Positions 9,387-20,683 are shown, counted from the stretch's first letter. The stretch: 61,015 nt of DNA from Sulfurospirillum sp. (GCA_016735235.1 JAERRW010000079.1:1-61015), one strand, 5' to 3'. The notes: generated from the letters alone by a model not told the origin. Program-made: numbers and translations.

Positions 9387-10620
9387 TGTTTTCTATCTTT
9401 GTAAATATATTGTTTAGTCTAGGTAAATTTCCTAAATAATTATTTTCATATAATGATAAAAAGTTTTCATATCCCTCTATGTTCTTATTTTCTTTAGGCG
9501 ATGAGATGCTAGTTTCGTGTTTATTGTCCTTGTCTATAAAATGTATTTCATCGGCATATAAGTATTTCATATTGTATATATTGTGTGTAGAATAAAAGAT
9601 TTGTATATTATTATCAATTATAAGTTTATTTAACAAAGGAACAAGCATAGAGTGTAACATGCTATCAAATTCATCTATTACCAATACCGTTTTTAATTTT
9701 TTAGCTATATAAATATCCATCAATAGTTTGAGTAACATTCTTGTGCCATCTGATTCTAATCTGTACTCCAAAGGTGTATTTGTATCGATACTATGGTATA
9801 TCAATATATTTTTTATACTTGTGATTTGTTTAGCTTCATCATAACTAAATTCAACATCAATTTTATCTATATCTATCCCTATAGATACAAGAAATTTTTC
9901 AATAAAATTTTTAAGTTTTATATCATTCAAAATGTTAGTTGCAAAATTACCTTCATCCTTTTGTGATATGTCAAATTTTGCTGTATAAGCATTATTAATA
10001 TTGGATAGATTAAGAATTGCACCTAAAAATTGTTTAATATGGACAAGATACGATAAGGATTTATCAAATTTATCGAACTCATTAAATAAAGATATTTTAT
10101 CTTTAAGGTTATCAAAAATTAACTCTTTTGTATTGGCATCAATATCTTTGATATTTATTTTTTTATCTTTTCGATTAAAAAAAGTACTTCTTTTGTTATT
10201 GGAGACAACATAAAGTATCTCATTATCAATAGCAATATTATTTTTAAATTTATTTGATTCAAAAATAATTTCATATTCAAATTCAGTTGCAATTCCATTA
10301 ATATGGATAACAAAATTGATGCCTAGCTCTGTTTTAACTTTAGCATGAGCAAATTTATTTTTAATAGACAATGGCATAATATTGCTATTTTCATTTCTAA
10401 CGATTGCCCCTATCAAAACAATAGCCTTTAAAATAGTTGTCTTACCACTCGCATTTGCACCATATATAGAGATAAGTTTATTGTAGCTTTTATCTTCAAA
10501 ACTAAAAACTCTATCATTATGATTTTCTTTAGTATAAACACTCGATTCCATATTTAAAACAACTTCCTCTTTTATAGAAAAGAAGTTTTTAATTTTAAGC
10601 TTTTTAATAAAATTCATCAT
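9379..10620 (-). CDS. AAA_21 ABC-type ATPase (RloA/AbiLi-like)
   Basis: IKNFFSIK, Walker A GANASGKT, ESDGT, Walker B VIDEFDSMLH, STHN. Confidence 0.85.
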   Translation of the reverse strand: MMNFIKKLKIKNFFSIKEEVVLNMESSVYTKENHNDRVFSFEDKSYNKLISIYGANASGKTTILKAIVLIGAIVRNENSNIMPLSIKNKFAHAKVKTELGINFVIHINGIATEFEYEIIFESNKFKNNIAIDNEILYVVSNNKRSTFFNRKDKKINIKDIDANTKELIFDNLKDKISLFNEFDKFDKSLSYLVHIKQFLGAILNLSNINNAYTAKFDISQKDEGNFATNILNDIKLKNFIEKFLVSIGIDIDKIDVEFSYDEAKQITSIKNILIYHSIDTNTPLEYRLESDGTRMLLKLLMDIYIAKKLKTVLVIDEFDSMLHSMLVPLLNKLIIDNNIQIFYSTHNIYNMKYLYADEIHFIDKDNKHETSISSPKENKNIEGYENFLSLYENNYLGNLPRLNNIFTKIENSD

Positions 10621-10641
10621 GTCTCCTATTTGACCATGCTG

Positions 10642-12618
10642 TTATAGTTTGCGTAGTTTTGCTATGTCATCTCTTAATTTTGTTGCTTTTTCAAACTCTA
10701 AAGACTTGGCCGCTTCGTACATGGCTTTTGTCATCTCTTTTAGAATTTCTCTCTTTTCACTTGGTGGAATTTTATCTTTTTTTTCCATTTTATTAAATAA
10801 TTCAGCTACATCTTCAACTTTTAAATTTTCATCCAATAGTCTCGTGGTTGATTGTGGTATTATTTTGTTTTTTTGATTGAATTTATGTTGCTCTTCTCTT
10901 CTTTTTTCTGTTAACTCTATGGCATATTTCATGGAATCTGTTATGCGTTTAGCAAACATAATAACTCTGCCATTTATATTTCTAGCGGCTCTTCCCATAG
11001 TTTGAATCAAACTTGTTTTACTTCTTAAAAACCCCTCTTTATCGGCATCAAGAATAGCCACAAGAGATACTTCTGGCAAGTCCAAGCCTTCTCTAAGAAG
11101 ATTAATACCCACAAGTACATCGAACTCACCAAGTCTTAAGCCTCTTATTATTTGGTTTCTCTCAATTGCATCAGTATCGGAGTGCATGTATTTAACTTTA
11201 AGACCAAGTTCTAAATAGTAACGGCTTAACTCTTCACTCATTTTTTTTGTTAGTGTTGTAACTAATACCCTCTCATTTTTTTTTATTGTTTTTTTTATTT
11301 CATCAAATAGAGTCTCTACTTGAAATTCAGAATCTAATATTTCAACTTTTGGGTCAAGTAAGCCTGTTGGTCGTATAATTTGTTCGGCTATATTTTCATG
11401 ACTTAACTCTATCTCTATTTGACTTGGAGTAGCTGAGACAAAAAGATAATTTGGGGCTTTATTTATAAACTCATTAAACATTAAAGGACGGTTGTCTAAT
11501 GCACTAGGAAGTCTAAAACCATACTCTACTAAAACCTCTTTTCTACTTCTATCACCTGCAAACATGCCACGAAATTGCGGAAGACTTACATGTGATTCAT
11601 CTACAATAACAAGATACTCTTTGCCAATAGATTCAAAATAATCAAACATGGAGTAGGGGGTTTCCCCCTCTTTTTTACCAGTTAGGTATCTAGAGTAGTT
11701 CTCTACTCCTTTGCAAGCTCCAGTTGCTTGCATCATCTCTAGATCAAACTCAACTCTACTTTTTAGGCGTTGATACTCTACTAATTTGTCCTCTTTTTGA
11801 AATGTTTTTAATCTTTTTCCTAGTTCATCTTCTATGCTCTTAATGGATTCGGCAAGACGAGTTTGTCCTACTATGAATTGATTAGTTGCATAGATAACTA
11901 CTTTGTTTAAATTTTCAAGTTTTTCGTTATTTAAAGCTTTAAAATAGTAGATAGATTCAACTTCATCACCAAAAAATTCAATACGGACCGCTTTATCTTC
12001 ATTATAAGCTGGATGTATATCTATTACATCGCCACTTACCCGAAAACAACCTCTATCAAAAAAATTGTCATTTCTTTTATAGCCCATATCGACAAGTTGT
12101 AAAAGTAGAGTTTTTTGATTTATCTCTTGTCCCACTTCTATAGCTTGAATCATCTCTTTATATTCAGCTGGATCACCAAGACCATAGTTGGCAGAAACAG
12201 AAGCTACACAAATAACGTCATCAAAACTAAGTAAAGATGTAGTTGCACTAAGCCTAAGGCGTTCAAGTTCATCGTTTATGGAGCTATCTTTTTCTATAAA
12301 TAGGTCACTTCTTGGTATATAAGCTTCTGGTTGATAGTAGTCATAGTAGCTTATGAAATACTCAACATGGTTTTTAGGAAAAAAACTTTTAAATTCACTA
12401 TATAGTTGAGCTGCTAGAGTTTTATTGTGTGTCATTATGAGAGTTGGCATTTGAAGACGAGATATAATTTGAGCCATCGTAAAAGTTTTGCCACTTCCCG
12501 TTACTCCTACCAAAGTTTGGTATTTATTGCCTTTTTTGATAGATGCTGTAAGTTTGTCTATTGCATGAGGCTGATCGCCCGCAGGAGAAAATGCACTATT
12601 TAATTGAAAGTTTGGCAC
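10642..12618 (-). CDS. uvrB: Excinuclease ABC subunit B
   Basis: [23 protein letters not shown]-terminal UVR domain; GTG start at 12618 inferred. Confidence 0.98.
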   Translation of the reverse strand: MPNFQLNSAFSPAGDQPHAIDKLTASIKKGNKYQTLVGVTGSGKTFTMAQIISRLQMPTLIMTHNKTLAAQLYSEFKSFFPKNHVEYFISYYDYYQPEAYIPRSDLFIEKDSSINDELERLRLSATTSLLSFDDVICVASVSANYGLGDPAEYKEMIQAIEVGQEINQKTLLLQLVDMGYKRNDNFFDRGCFRVSGDVIDIHPAYNEDKAVRIEFFGDEVESIYYFKALNNEKLENLNKVVIYATNQFIVGQTRLAESIKSIEDELGKRLKTFQKEDKLVEYQRLKSRVEFDLEMMQATGACKGVENYSRYLTGKKEGETPYSMFDYFESIGKEYLVIVDESHVSLPQFRGMFAGDRSRKEVLVEYGFRLPSALDNRPLMFNEFINKAPNYLFVSATPSQIEIELSHENIAEQIIRPTGLLDPKVEILDSEFQVETLFDEIKKTIKKNERVLVTTLTKKMSEELSRYYLELGLKVKYMHSDTDAIERNQIIRGLRLGEFDVLVGINLLREGLDLPEVSLVAILDADKEGFLRSKTSLIQTMGRAARNINGRVIMFAKRITDSMKYAIELTEKRREEQHKFNQKNKIIPQSTTRLLDENLKVEDVAELFNKMEKKDKIPPSEKREILKEMTKAMYEAAKSLEFEKATKLRDDIAKLRKL

Positions 12619-12783
12619 TATTTTATCTCTTTTTTTATTCAAAATTTTTATATTTTTAAGTTATTATACCAAAAATTCAATTTATTTTGTTACAATTATA
12701 GTAAAATAGATGAGATAGAGTTACGATAGGTAAAATACTATTATTGATGAAAGTTGAAGAAAAATTTAAAAGAGGAATTATAA

Positions 12784-13026
12784 ATGCATGAAGAGTTAAA
12801 AGAAAAAATTACAATAAATAGATTGTCAGATAAAGTAGATGATTTACTGATTATATTTGAAGAGATGAAGTCTCAAAATGATACATTAAGACAAGAGGTA
12901 ATTACTCTAAAAGCGCAAAATGAAACAAAGAATATTCAGATAGATAAGCTTGAGGATAGTCTAATAAATAAAGATATAGAGTCGGACGATATTTTTAGTA
13001 AGATTGAGGAAGTTCTTAAGAAATGA
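12784..13026 (+). CDS. Coiled-coil protein (ZapB-like)
   Basis: 80 aa with heptad pattern; GAGG RBS; paired with a ZapA-like gene. Confidence 0.5.
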   Translation: MHEELKEKITINRLSDKVDDLLIIFEEMKSQNDTLRQEVITLKAQNETKNIQIDKLEDSLINKDIESDDIFSKIEEVLKK

Positions 13027-13244
13027 GTAAACTAACAGTTTTTATAGGTTCAAAAAATTTTGATATAACTCTTGATGAAGAGTTTGCAAAGTTCTTCAAG
13101 GAAGATTTTAAAGATATTTTTGGAGAAAAAAGAACTATAAAGACTAAAGAACTTTTGTATGCATATGTTCAAAAAAGCCATAATGAGTTTACAAACAAAC
13201 AAAAATACATGCAAATAGTAGACAAAATAGATGAGATAATATAA
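13023..13244 (+). CDS. Small hypothetical protein (ZapA-like)
   Basis: N-terminal KLTVFIGSKNFDI beta hairpin then helices; ATGA overlap with upstream gene. Confidence 0.45.
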   Translation: MSKLTVFIGSKNFDITLDEEFAKFFKEDFKDIFGEKRTIKTKELLYAYVQKSHNEFTNKQKYMQIVDKIDEII

Positions 13245-13289
13245 GGTTGGTTTAAATATATTAGTCAAATTATAAACAAGGAGGAAACC

Positions 13290-13853
13290 ATACAAAAAGG
13301 TTTTACTATGATTGAATTAATTTTTGTAATTGTTATTTTAGGTATTTTAGCTTCTATAGCAATTCCAAAATTGGCAGCCACTAGAGATGATGCAAAATTA
13401 GCATCAATTAAGACAGATATAGGGTCCACACTACATGCTGTTCCAGCTTGGTATCAAGGTCAAAAAGATGTTAGATTAATGGAGGCAATTCACTTAGACG
13501 CAACAACTTGGAAGCAACAAACAACAGGTACACAACTGTATACATGGAGCGACCATGGCAATGTGTGCGTCACTTTAGCAGTAGTTGACATGAATATAAC
13601 CGATTTTGTAAGCACACAATCAAGTTTTGCCGTTGAAGGTGTTGATTATAATTCAACAAATGGATTCTGGCTTTCAAACACAAATGTAGCTGGTGTTCCA
13701 GTTCTTAGGTTAGTAAAAGGCACACTTACAAGCGATGGTGCAGTAACTGCTCCAGTAAATCCTACTGCTAATTGCAATACATTATGGTCGCCTGACGGTT
13801 TTGGTCTAGTAGAACAAAATATTAGTATGGCTGGTAAAAAAATAGTTTGGTAA
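13290..13853 (+). CDS. Type IV prepilin / T2SS pseudopilin (apparent ATA start)
   Basis: AGGAGG RBS, then ATA CAA AAA GGT TTT ACT ATG ATT GAA = (M)QKG/FTMIELIFVIVILGILA. Confidence 0.85.
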   Translation: MQKGFTMIELIFVIVILGILASIAIPKLAATRDDAKLASIKTDIGSTLHAVPAWYQGQKDVRLMEAIHLDATTWKQQTTGTQLYTWSDHGNVCVTLAVVDMNITDFVSTQSSFAVEGVDYNSTNGFWLSNTNVAGVPVLRLVKGTLTSDGAVTAPVNPTANCNTLWSPDGFGLVEQNISMAGKKIVW

Positions 13854-13857
13854 TTAT

Positions 13858-14340
13858 TTGAAAAAAAGATTAAATAAAAAAGTGAGATTAACTCCTGCTT
13901 TTACTATGGTTGAGCTTATTTTTGTAATTGTTATTTTAGGAGTATTAGCAGCAGTTGCTTTACCTAGATTGGCAGCTAGTCGTGATGATGCTGTGCTTGT
14001 AAAAGGCAAGTCGCAAATAAGCGCAATACGCAGTGGCATAGTTATGCAAAAATCTAAAAGACTTCTTGAGGGAACAACTCCATATAATCCAGTAACATTA
14101 GATAAAAACACAACTCCAACTGTACTTTTTAGTGATGGTGATTATGGAAATATATTAGAGTATGGTTTAGATATTGGAGTATCCGATGGAAAGTGGAATA
14201 GAGTAAGTCAAGATGCAAATGAATCTAAATATAATTTTTACTTAGAAGGTGTGGCAGTGTCATTTACTTATGATGCATTAACTGGTAGATTTGCTTGTGA
14301 TCAACCAGCTACACAAATTTGTAAAGATTTGACACATTAG
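13858..14340 (+). CDS. Type IV prepilin / T2SS pseudopilin
   Basis: A/FTMVELIFVIVILGVLAAVALP N-methylation motif; C-terminal Cys pair. Confidence 0.88.
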   Translation: MKKRLNKKVRLTPAFTMVELIFVIVILGVLAAVALPRLAASRDDAVLVKGKSQISAIRSGIVMQKSKRLLEGTTPYNPVTLDKNTTPTVLFSDGDYGNILEYGLDIGVSDGKWNRVSQDANESKYNFYLEGVAVSFTYDALTGRFACDQPATQICKDLTH

Positions 14341-16173
14341 TTGTTTTATCTAATTTCTATTTTAAATTCTCCTTTGTCTCCTCTTGTATATATTTGTGAA
14401 GAGGAGTTAAAACAAGGCAATATAGTAGAAGTTACTCTTAAATCAAAATCTTGTTTAGGTGTAGTTGTTTCTAAAACTAAAAAACCAGAGTTTACATGCA
14501 GTAATATAGACTCCATAAAAGATGACTATTTTTGCAAGAGTGCTTTTGGTCTTGCAGAGTTTATTAGCCAGTATTATGTTTGTTCACTAGGCGATGCTTT
14601 GAATCTTTTTATTCCAATGACTAAAAACTCTTTACATGTAGATGTCTCTTGCAAGACAGATATAATCCTCTCAATTGAGCAACAAAAAGCTTATGACTTT
14701 ATACAAAAACATGATAGATCTCTTCTGTTTGGCGATACAGGAAGTGGAAAAACAGAAGTATATATAAAAGCTATCGAAAAGACTATAAACCAAGGCAAAA
14801 AAGCTATTTTTCTTATGCCTGAAATTGGATTAACCCCACAAACAAAAAAACGGCTCAAGGATTCTTTTGGAGATAGAATAGAGATTTGGCACTCTAAAGT
14901 TAATAAGAAAAAGAAAAATGAGATCTTAAAAGCTTTACATGTAGGAGATATTTCAGTTATAGCTGGAACTCGTTCGGCACTTTTTCTACCAATAACAAAA
15001 TTGGGTTTAATAGTCGTAGATGAAGAGCATGATGATAGTTATAAATCAAATCAAAGACCTCGTTATAATGCAAGAGATTTAGCACTTTTGTTTGCTAAAA
15101 GAAAAAATGCAAAAATAGTTTTAGGAAGTGCAACACCATCTTTAGGTAGTTTTAAAAATCTTCCAAAATATAGACTTAAAGGTACTTATTTTAAATCTAA
15201 AAAAGTTATACATTTTGAAAATGATAATAATAAATTTTCAGATTCAATGGTAAAAAAAATATCAGAGCATCTTAAAAAAGATTCTCAAGTAATTGTTTTT
15301 CTTCCAACAAGAGCTAATTTTAAATATATTACATGTCAAGAGTGCGGTGAAAAAGTTTTGTGTCCTCACTGTTCTGTTGGTATGAGTTTGCATTTAAACT
15401 CAAATGCTTTAAAGTGTCACTATTGTAATTTTACTCAAGCTATTCCCAAAGTGTGTCCTAATTGCAACTCTACACACATGTACTCAAGTCGCATTGGAAC
15501 AGCAGAAGTTGTAAAAAGACTTCAAAATATTTTTTCTACAAAAGTGATAGAAAAGTTTGATCATGATGAGGTAAAAACTCAAAAAAAACTCAAAAAAAAA
15601 TTAAATGATTTTAATGAAAAAAAGATAGATGTTTTAGTTGGAACTCAAATGCTTGCAAAAGGGCATGATTACCATGGAGTAGGATTGAGTGTTATAATTG
15701 GCATAGATACCATATTGAATTTACCAGATTTTAGGGCAAGAGAACGAGCTATGTCCCTTCTTCTTCAAGTAGCAGGAAGAAGTGGTAGAAAAGGCTTAGG
15801 CGAAGTCTATATACAGACACAAAACAGAGATTTTTTTGAAGATTTTTTTGAAGATTATGAATCTTTTTTGAATGATGAATTGTACTACCGTGATAAATTT
15901 TATCCACCATATAAAAAACTTTTAAAAATTTTAGTTAGTCATGTGAGAGATGAAAAAGCAAGTCAAATTTTAAATGAAGTTGTAAAGATAGCCAGTCAAT
16001 TTTCTAAAGTGGAAGTAGTAGGATACGGCAAGGCAAATATAGAAAAAATAGCAAATAAATATAGATACAACATGTTACTAAGAAGCTCTAATGCAAAGGA
16101 GTTATTAAAATTTGCTCACTCCTGTAAACATCTTAAAGTTGAGATTGATATAGATCCATTATCTTTCTCTTAA
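14341..16173 (+). CDS. priA: Primosomal protein N'
   Basis: GDTGSGKT, DEEH, two Cys4 Zn clusters, QVAGRSGR. Confidence 0.97.
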   Translation: MFYLISILNSPLSPLVYICEEELKQGNIVEVTLKSKSCLGVVVSKTKKPEFTCSNIDSIKDDYFCKSAFGLAEFISQYYVCSLGDALNLFIPMTKNSLHVDVSCKTDIILSIEQQKAYDFIQKHDRSLLFGDTGSGKTEVYIKAIEKTINQGKKAIFLMPEIGLTPQTKKRLKDSFGDRIEIWHSKVNKKKKNEILKALHVGDISVIAGTRSALFLPITKLGLIVVDEEHDDSYKSNQRPRYNARDLALLFAKRKNAKIVLGSATPSLGSFKNLPKYRLKGTYFKSKKVIHFENDNNKFSDSMVKKISEHLKKDSQVIVFLPTRANFKYITCQECGEKVLCPHCSVGMSLHLNSNALKCHYCNFTQAIPKVCPNCNSTHMYSSRIGTAEVVKRLQNIFSTKVIEKFDHDEVKTQKKLKKKLNDFNEKKIDVLVGTQMLAKGHDYHGVGLSVIIGIDTILNLPDFRARERAMSLLLQVAGRSGRKGLGEVYIQTQNRDFFEDFFEDYESFLNDELYYRDKFYPPYKKLLKILVSHVRDEKASQILNEVVKIASQFSKVEVVGYGKANIEKIANKYRYNMLLRSSNAKELLKFAHSCKHLKVEIDIDPLSFS

Positions 16174-16195
16174 TGGTTTTTTTGTATAATAACTT

Positions 16196-17254
16196 ATGAT
16201 AAAAAGATACCCAACAAATAAGATACATGTAGGTGATGTGGCAATTGGTGGAGATGCTCCTATTTCTGTTCAATCAATGACATACTCAAAGACTCATAAT
16301 GTAAAAGAGACACTCAAGCAGATAAAAAGGCTTCATTTTGCAGGGTGCAATATTGTTCGTATTGCTGTTTTAGATAATGAAGATGCAAGGGCTTTAAAAT
16401 TAATTAAAAAAGAGATTAAACTTCCTCTAGTCGCCGATATCCATTTTAACTACCGCTTAGCTTTAATTGCAGCTGAAGTAGTGGATTGTATTCGTATTAA
16501 TCCCGGCAATATTGGCAATAAAACAAAAGTTAAAGAGGTCGTAAAAGCTTGTAAAAATAGAAATATACCTATACGCATTGGAGTGAACTCTGGAAGTTTG
16601 GAAAAAGAGTTCGATATTAAATATGGACAAAGTGTAAAAGGAATGGTGGAATCTGCTCTTTATAACATTAAATATCTTGAAGATTTAGGTTTTAACAATA
16701 TAAAAGTCTCTTTAAAAGCAAGTGATGTACAAAGAACAGTTGGTGCATATCGTATGCTTCGACCTTTAACAAACCACCCTTTCCATGTGGGAGTAACAGA
16801 AGCTGGAACACTTTTTCACTCTACAATAAAATCTTCTATTGCTCTAGGAGCACTTTTGCTTGATGGCATAGGCGATACCTTGAGAGTTTCCATAACAGGA
16901 GAACTTGAAAAGGAGATACATGTAGGAAGAGCGATACTAAAAGATAGTGGCATTATGAAGAGTGGGGTAAACATTATTTCATGCCCAACTTGTGGACGCA
17001 TAGAAGCCGATTTAGTTAAAGCAGTCGCACAAATAGAAGAGAGAGTAAAAGATATAAAAACACCATTAAATGTGTCCGTGATGGGATGTGTGGTCAATGC
17101 TATAGGTGAAGCAAAACATGCTGATGTGGCAATTGCTTTTGGAAAAACAGCGGGACTTGTGATGGTTAAAGGCATAGTTGTTGCAAAATTAAAAGAGGAT
17201 GAGTTAGTGGATAGATTTATGTTAGAAGTAGAAAAAGCAGCAGTCGATGGATAA
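16196..17254 (+). CDS. ispG: HMBPP synthase
   Basis: [21 protein letters not shown]. Confidence 0.98.
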   Translation: MIKRYPTNKIHVGDVAIGGDAPISVQSMTYSKTHNVKETLKQIKRLHFAGCNIVRIAVLDNEDARALKLIKKEIKLPLVADIHFNYRLALIAAEVVDCIRINPGNIGNKTKVKEVVKACKNRNIPIRIGVNSGSLEKEFDIKYGQSVKGMVESALYNIKYLEDLGFNNIKVSLKASDVQRTVGAYRMLRPLTNHPFHVGVTEAGTLFHSTIKSSIALGALLLDGIGDTLRVSITGELEKEIHVGRAILKDSGIMKSGVNIISCPTCGRIEADLVKAVAQIEERVKDIKTPLNVSVMGCVVNAIGEAKHADVAIAFGKTAGLVMVKGIVVAKLKEDELVDRFMLEVEKAAVDG

Positions 17255-18677
17255 TTTATACAATATAAATATAGAGCGTTCTGTATTAAGTTCAATTCTT
17301 TTTCATCCCTCTTCATTTGAAGAGACAGCATCTATATTAAAACCAAGAGATTTTTATCTTCCAGCTCACAAGTATATATTTGAAGCTATGGAGGCTTGTG
17401 AGAGAGATGACCTTCCTATAGATGAAGAGTTTGTAAAGAAAAAATTAAACCAAGAGGAACGCTTTGATGAAGATGTGATGCTTGAAATTCTCTCTACTAA
17501 CCCATTGCCCTCTATAAAAGCATACATAGAAGAGATACGCGAAAAATCTATAAAAAGAGAGTTAGTAAAATTAACAGGAGACATAAGAGAGGTTGCAGTT
17601 GAGAAAGATTTACCCTCAAGCGAAGTAGTAGATTTAGTTCAACAAAAACTCTATCAAATAACATCAGATGGTAAAAATAAAGAGTTTAGAGATGCTCCTG
17701 AAATTAGCCATGCAACAGTATCGCATATTTTAGAGATGAAAAAAAGAGGAAATGCAGGAGTTGTAGGGTTAAATACAGGATTTAAAGAGTTAAATAAATT
17801 AACTACAGGTTTTGCAGATGGAGATCTAATTATAGTAGCCGCACGACCTTCGATGGGTAAAACAGCATTTACATTGAATTTAGCCCAACAAGTATTAGAT
17901 GACAATAAAGGTGTTGCTATATTTTCACTAGAGATGTCAGCAGAACAGTTAATGCTAAGAATGCTTAGTGCTAAAACTTCTGTGCCACTTCAAAAGCTTA
18001 AAGTTGGCGACATGGATGATGGTGAGTGGAGTAGACTTAATGAGGCTATCGATAATATTAGTACTAAGAAATTTTTTGTTGATGATAATGGAAATGTAAA
18101 TATTCATAATATAAGATCAAAATTGAGAAAATTAAAAACACAACATCCTGAAATATCACTTTGTGTTATAGACTATTTGCAATTAATGACAGGAGCAGGA
18201 AGTAAAGATAGACATCAAGAAGTTAGCGATATAAGCAGAGGTTTGAAACTTTTAGCTCGTGAATTAGAGATGCCAATAATAGCTCTTTCGCAGTTAAATC
18301 GTGGAGTTGAGAATCGTCATGATAAGCGTCCCATGATGAGTGATATTCGTGAATCTGGAGCAATCGAACAAGATGCTGATTTGATCATGTTTATTTATCG
18401 TGATGATATATATCGTATGCGTGAAGAGAAAGATAAAGAGCAGAAGTCTAGAGTTGGAGAAGGAGTAGAGTACAAGAGTAATTTTCGTGAGAAACCAGAA
18501 GAAAAAGCCGAACTTATTATTGGTAAAAATAGAAATGGACCTATTGGTGTTGTTGATATGATATTTCAAAAAGCTTGTACTAAGTTTATAGACTCTAATG
18601 AAATTTTTGTAAGGAAAATTTACGATGAATCCAATACGGATACAAGAGAAGCCACCATAAGTATGCCATCAGTTTAA
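17247..18677 (+). CDS. dnaB: Replicative DNA helicase
   Basis: [30 protein letters not shown]. Confidence 0.98.
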   Translation: MDNLYNINIERSVLSSILFHPSSFEETASILKPRDFYLPAHKYIFEAMEACERDDLPIDEEFVKKKLNQEERFDEDVMLEILSTNPLPSIKAYIEEIREKSIKRELVKLTGDIREVAVEKDLPSSEVVDLVQQKLYQITSDGKNKEFRDAPEISHATVSHILEMKKRGNAGVVGLNTGFKELNKLTTGFADGDLIIVAARPSMGKTAFTLNLAQQVLDDNKGVAIFSLEMSAEQLMLRMLSAKTSVPLQKLKVGDMDDGEWSRLNEAIDNISTKKFFVDDNGNVNIHNIRSKLRKLKTQHPEISLCVIDYLQLMTGAGSKDRHQEVSDISRGLKLLARELEMPIIALSQLNRGVENRHDKRPMMSDIRESGAIEQDADLIMFIYRDDIYRMREEKDKEQKSRVGEGVEYKSNFREKPEEKAELIIGKNRNGPIGVVDMIFQKACTKFIDSNEIFVRKIYDESNTDTREATISMPSV

Positions 18678-19915
18678 TGCAAAGTTTACCGCTTTTTATA
18701 ACTAAAAGAGAAATTTTTTCTACTTTTTTTCTACTTGCGGTACTTTTTTCTTTTTCACTTTTATATCAGTTCTACAAATACAAGCAAATCACAACTTACT
18801 CTTTACATGTAACGACAGCAAAAGTGATAAAGCACTATAAAAAAAAGAGTGAAACTGGTGAGATATATACTGTTTTAAAACTAAAAAATAGAGATTTTAT
18901 CTTTTATACTGCTTATTGGAAGCCTTTAGAGGTAGATAGAAATGATGAGCTAAAGGTGATATTTGATACTAAAAAAATAGATTTTTATGAATATCTCAAA
19001 GGTTTTTATGCTTCTGCAAAGTCTTTACATGTAGTGAAAAAAAATGGAGAAAATGGTCTTGTAGACTTTGTAGTAAATCAGCATACCGATCTCACTTCAC
19101 AAGAGTTATATAGAGCTTTATTTTTTGCAATTCCAATTTCAAAAGAGTTAAGAGAGGATATAAACAAGTGGGGTATTGCCCATTTAGTAGCTATTAGCGG
19201 TTTTCATCTTGGAATTTTAAGTTCTATTTTATTCTTTTTTTTTAAATATATTTACACTTTTTTTCAAGATAAGTATTTTCCCTATAGAAACAGAATGGCA
19301 GATTTAGCTTTTTTGGTTTTTGTTGTTTTGGGGTGTTATATATATTTTATAGATATGCCTCCATCAGTTGTTAGAGCTTTTGTTATGAGTATTATAGGCT
19401 TTCTTTTATTTTCAAGGAATATTAAAATTATCTCATTTGGAACTTTATCTTTTACTATTGTTATAGTTTTAATCTTTTTTCCTAATTTGCTTTTTTCAAT
19501 TGCTTTTTGGTTTTCAGTTATGGGAGTTTTTTATATTTTTCTATTTTTATATCATTTTTCAAATCTTAATAAAGTGGCTATATTTATTCTTTTAAATTTT
19601 TGGGTATATGTTTTAATGCTTCCAGTAGTCCATTTTGTTTTTGATGTTTTTAGTTTTTATCAGCTATTTTCACCTCTAATAAGTATGCTTTTTATACTTT
19701 TTTACCCACTTAGTTTAGCTTTACATGTTATGAATTTAGGCGGAAGTTTAGATAGTTTTTTAATTTGGTTTTTCTCTTTACATATAGAAGTATATTTAAT
19801 AACTACTCCACTTTGGTTTTTTGTGAGTTATCTTATAGTGTCACTATTGGCTATTAGATTTAGATATATCGCTTTTTTCTTGCCTATTTTCTCTTTGTCT
19901 CTGTTTTTCATCTAA
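18677..19915 (+). CDS. comEC: ComEC/Rec2 competence channel (no C-terminal metallo-beta-lactamase domain)
   Basis: GIAHLVAISGFH, PSVVRA, multiple TMs. Confidence 0.92.
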   Translation: MQSLPLFITKREIFSTFFLLAVLFSFSLLYQFYKYKQITTYSLHVTTAKVIKHYKKKSETGEIYTVLKLKNRDFIFYTAYWKPLEVDRNDELKVIFDTKKIDFYEYLKGFYASAKSLHVVKKNGENGLVDFVVNQHTDLTSQELYRALFFAIPISKELREDINKWGIAHLVAISGFHLGILSSILFFFFKYIYTFFQDKYFPYRNRMADLAFLVFVVLGCYIYFIDMPPSVVRAFVMSIIGFLLFSRNIKIISFGTLSFTIVIVLIFFPNLLFSIAFWFSVMGVFYIFLFLYHFSNLNKVAIFILLNFWVYVLMLPVVHFVFDVFSFYQLFSPLISMLFILFYPLSLALHVMNLGGSLDSFLIWFFSLHIEVYLITTPLWFFVSYLIVSLLAIRFRYIAFFLPIFSLSLFFI

Positions 19916-20683
19916 TACAGAACATAATTTTGCTCCATATATATAAATAAGCCATGAAAAATAGACCCATAAAAAGAAGAACATTAATATGCTAAATGAA
20001 CCATAAATACTAAGATAAGTCTTGTTATAAGCCACATAGTAGATAAATAGTGATTTTGAATTGTACCATATAAAGGAGGTAATAAAAGAGGCTAAAAGGG
20101 TACTTTTTTTCTTTAGTATTTTGTTAGCAGAAACTACAAACATGATAAAAAACAGAAACCAGATGATAAAATATGGCAAAGATGGAAGTATATTAATTGA
20201 GCTTGTTATATCATTTGAACTTAAAAAGTTATTGATAATAGATGAAAGATAAAATGAGAGACTAAGTCCTATAGGCATCAATACAAGCATACTCCAGTAA
20301 GTTACAACCGACTTCCAAAGAGTTCTTTTTTTTGTGTTAAAAACTTGACTCATAATTTTTTCATAATCTAAAAAAAACATCATAGAGACATACATAATAA
20401 ATATAAAACCAGTTATGCCCATGCTTCCAGTATTTTCTATTAACTTGTTTAGATAAGGAGCTACTAAATCTTGTTTAGCAGGAATAATGGAGTTAAATAT
20501 AAAGTTTTGAATCTTTTCATAATATTCTTCAAAGCTTGTCATTTTTGTAAAAATAGTAAAAGTGATAAGCAAAACAGGGATTAAAGAGAGTATTGTATGA
20601 AAACTTAAAGATGAAGAGTAGTGAGCAATAGAAGGGTCTTTTACATCTTTTAAAAACTTTAATACTTCATCTTTAGTCGGCAC
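19844..20683 (-). CDS. YihY/virulence factor BrkB family membrane protein
   Basis: SLSFHTILSLIP, YLSIYGSF, WVYFSW. Confidence 0.9.
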   Translation of the reverse strand: MPTKDEVLKFLKDVKDPSIAHYSSSLSFHTILSLIPVLLITFTIFTKMTSFEEYYEKIQNFIFNSIIPAKQDLVAPYLNKLIENTGSMGITGFIFIMYVSMMFFLDYEKIMSQVFNTKKRTLWKSVVTYWSMLVLMPIGLSLSFYLSSIINNFLSSNDITSSINILPSLPYFIIWFLFFIMFVVSANKILKKKSTLLASFITSFIWYNSKSLFIYYVAYNKTYLSIYGSFSILMFFFLWVYFSWLIYIYGAKLCSVLDEKQRQRENRQEKSDISKSNSQ

